DNA of 17,827 nucleotides from a virus (Duplodnaviria; Heunggongvirae; Uroviricota; Caudoviricetes): IMG/VR virus record IMGVR_UViG_2778261533_000006, positions 1 to 17,827 of that record; one strand, 5' to 3'. Shown piece by piece: positions 16,809 to 17,827 of this stretch (position 1 is its first letter; each line of letters starts with the position of its first letter). The notes under the pieces were generated by a model. It saw only the letters and a program-made list of their open reading frames with translations, ran no database searches and was not told where the DNA came from. The position numbers and the translations under genes were made by a program.

Positions 16809-17827
16809 AAAAGCTAGGGGATTTACCTGATGTCACTTTTGAAGAGGCCTGCCTAAGATGGCTTGAGGAAAAAGCTGATAAAAAATCTCTCGATTCAGAT
16901 AAAAGCCGGATTGAGTTCTGGCTTGAACATTTTGAGGGTATAAGGCTTAAAGATATCTCGGAGGCAAAGATTTACTCTGCTGTAAGCAGAATGCATAACA
17001 GAAAGACGAAAGAAATATGGAAACAGAAAGTTCAGGCCGCCATCAGGAAAGGTAAAGAACCGCCTGTTTATGAACCAAAGCCAGTATCAACTCAGACAAA
17101 GGCAAAGCATCTTGCCATGATAAAGGCCATTCTCCGTGCTGCAGAACGCGACTGGAAGTGGCTGGAAAAAGCGCCTGTCATCAAGATACCAGCGGTCAGA
17201 AACAAGCGAGTCAGATGGCTGGAAAAGGAGGAAGCAAAACGCCTTATTGATGAGTGCCCCGAACCACTGAAATCTGTCGTCAAGTTTGCGCTGGCAACTG
17301 GTCTGAGAAAGTCGAACATCATAAATCTGGAATGGCAACAAATCGACATGCAGCGACGAGTTGCCTGGGTGAATCCAGAAGAGAGCAAATCAAACCGCGC
17401 CATTGGTGTGGCGCTGAACGATACCGCCTGTAAAGTGTTGCGTGATCAAATAGGCAAGCATCACAAATGGGTGTTTGTACATACCAAGGCGGCTAAGCGA
17501 GCAGATGGAACATCAACGCCTGCGGTCAGGAAGATGCGCATCGACAGCAAGACATCATGGCTATCAGCTTGTCGTCGTGCAGGAATTGAAGATTTCCGTT
17601 TCCATGACCTCAGACACACCTGGGCAAGCTGGCTGATTCAGTCAGGCGTCCCATTATCAGTGCTTCAGGAAATGGGCGGATGGGAGTCCATAGAAATGGT
17701 TCGTAGGTATGCTCACCTTGCGCCTAATCATTTGACAGAGCATGCGAGGAAAATAGACGACATTTTTGGTGATAATGTCCCAAATATGTCCCACTCTGGA
17801 ATTATGGAGGATATAAAGAAGGCGTAA
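16664..17827 (+). CDS. intD: Tyrosine integrase (lambda Int family, 387 aa, DLP12 IntD-like)
   Basis: C-terminal catalytic motifs (…[12 protein letters not shown]…, …MVRRYAHL…); GAGGAAAG SD; length matches IntD; window ends at its stop codon. Confidence 0.9.

Noticed and set aside
17700..17827. tRNA attachment site (argU-like) at the int end
   Set aside because: The window ends at the int stop codon; no tRNA-like sequence is included, so none is reported.

Overview
The window reads as a near-complete DLP12-type defective lambdoid prophage, running from the stop codon of appY (nt 1-3, minus strand) to the stop codon of the integrase (nt 17825-17827, plus strand). All identifications rest on reading the translated ORFs and DNA by eye against remembered protein families; no database search was run. 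Left to right: appY (AraC regulator); a truncated tail-fibre-assembly remnant (tfaX-like); a SAM-methyltransferase (ybcY-like); a YnaE/YdfK-like small protein; a Pin-family serine DNA invertase; a full tfa gene plus a tail-fibre tip fragment; an intact OmpC-family porin (nmpC-like, no IS interruption); the Q antiterminator quuD, ylcG and rusA; a nin-region protein; an AT-rich cargo block ybcM-ybcL-ybcK-emrE in which emrE carries a +1 frameshift; the lambda-like replication module ren-P-O with an iteron origin inside O; then, divergently on the plus strand, a Kil-like ORF, gam, a truncated bet fused to foreign sequence, several small ORFs including a TraR/DksA-like zinc-finger protein, xis and int. 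The immunity region (cI/cro/cII/N, pL/pR), the lysis cassette and all head, tail and terminase genes are absent. I found no CRISPR array, tRNA, rRNA or IS element and no convincing novel multi-gene system. The most unusual loci are the translationally coupled bet-fusion/27-aa hydrophobic peptide/71-aa ORF chain, the orphan Pin module, the ybcK cargo island with an adjacent 13-bp inverted repeat, and the retained kil-gam pair in a prophage with no repressor.
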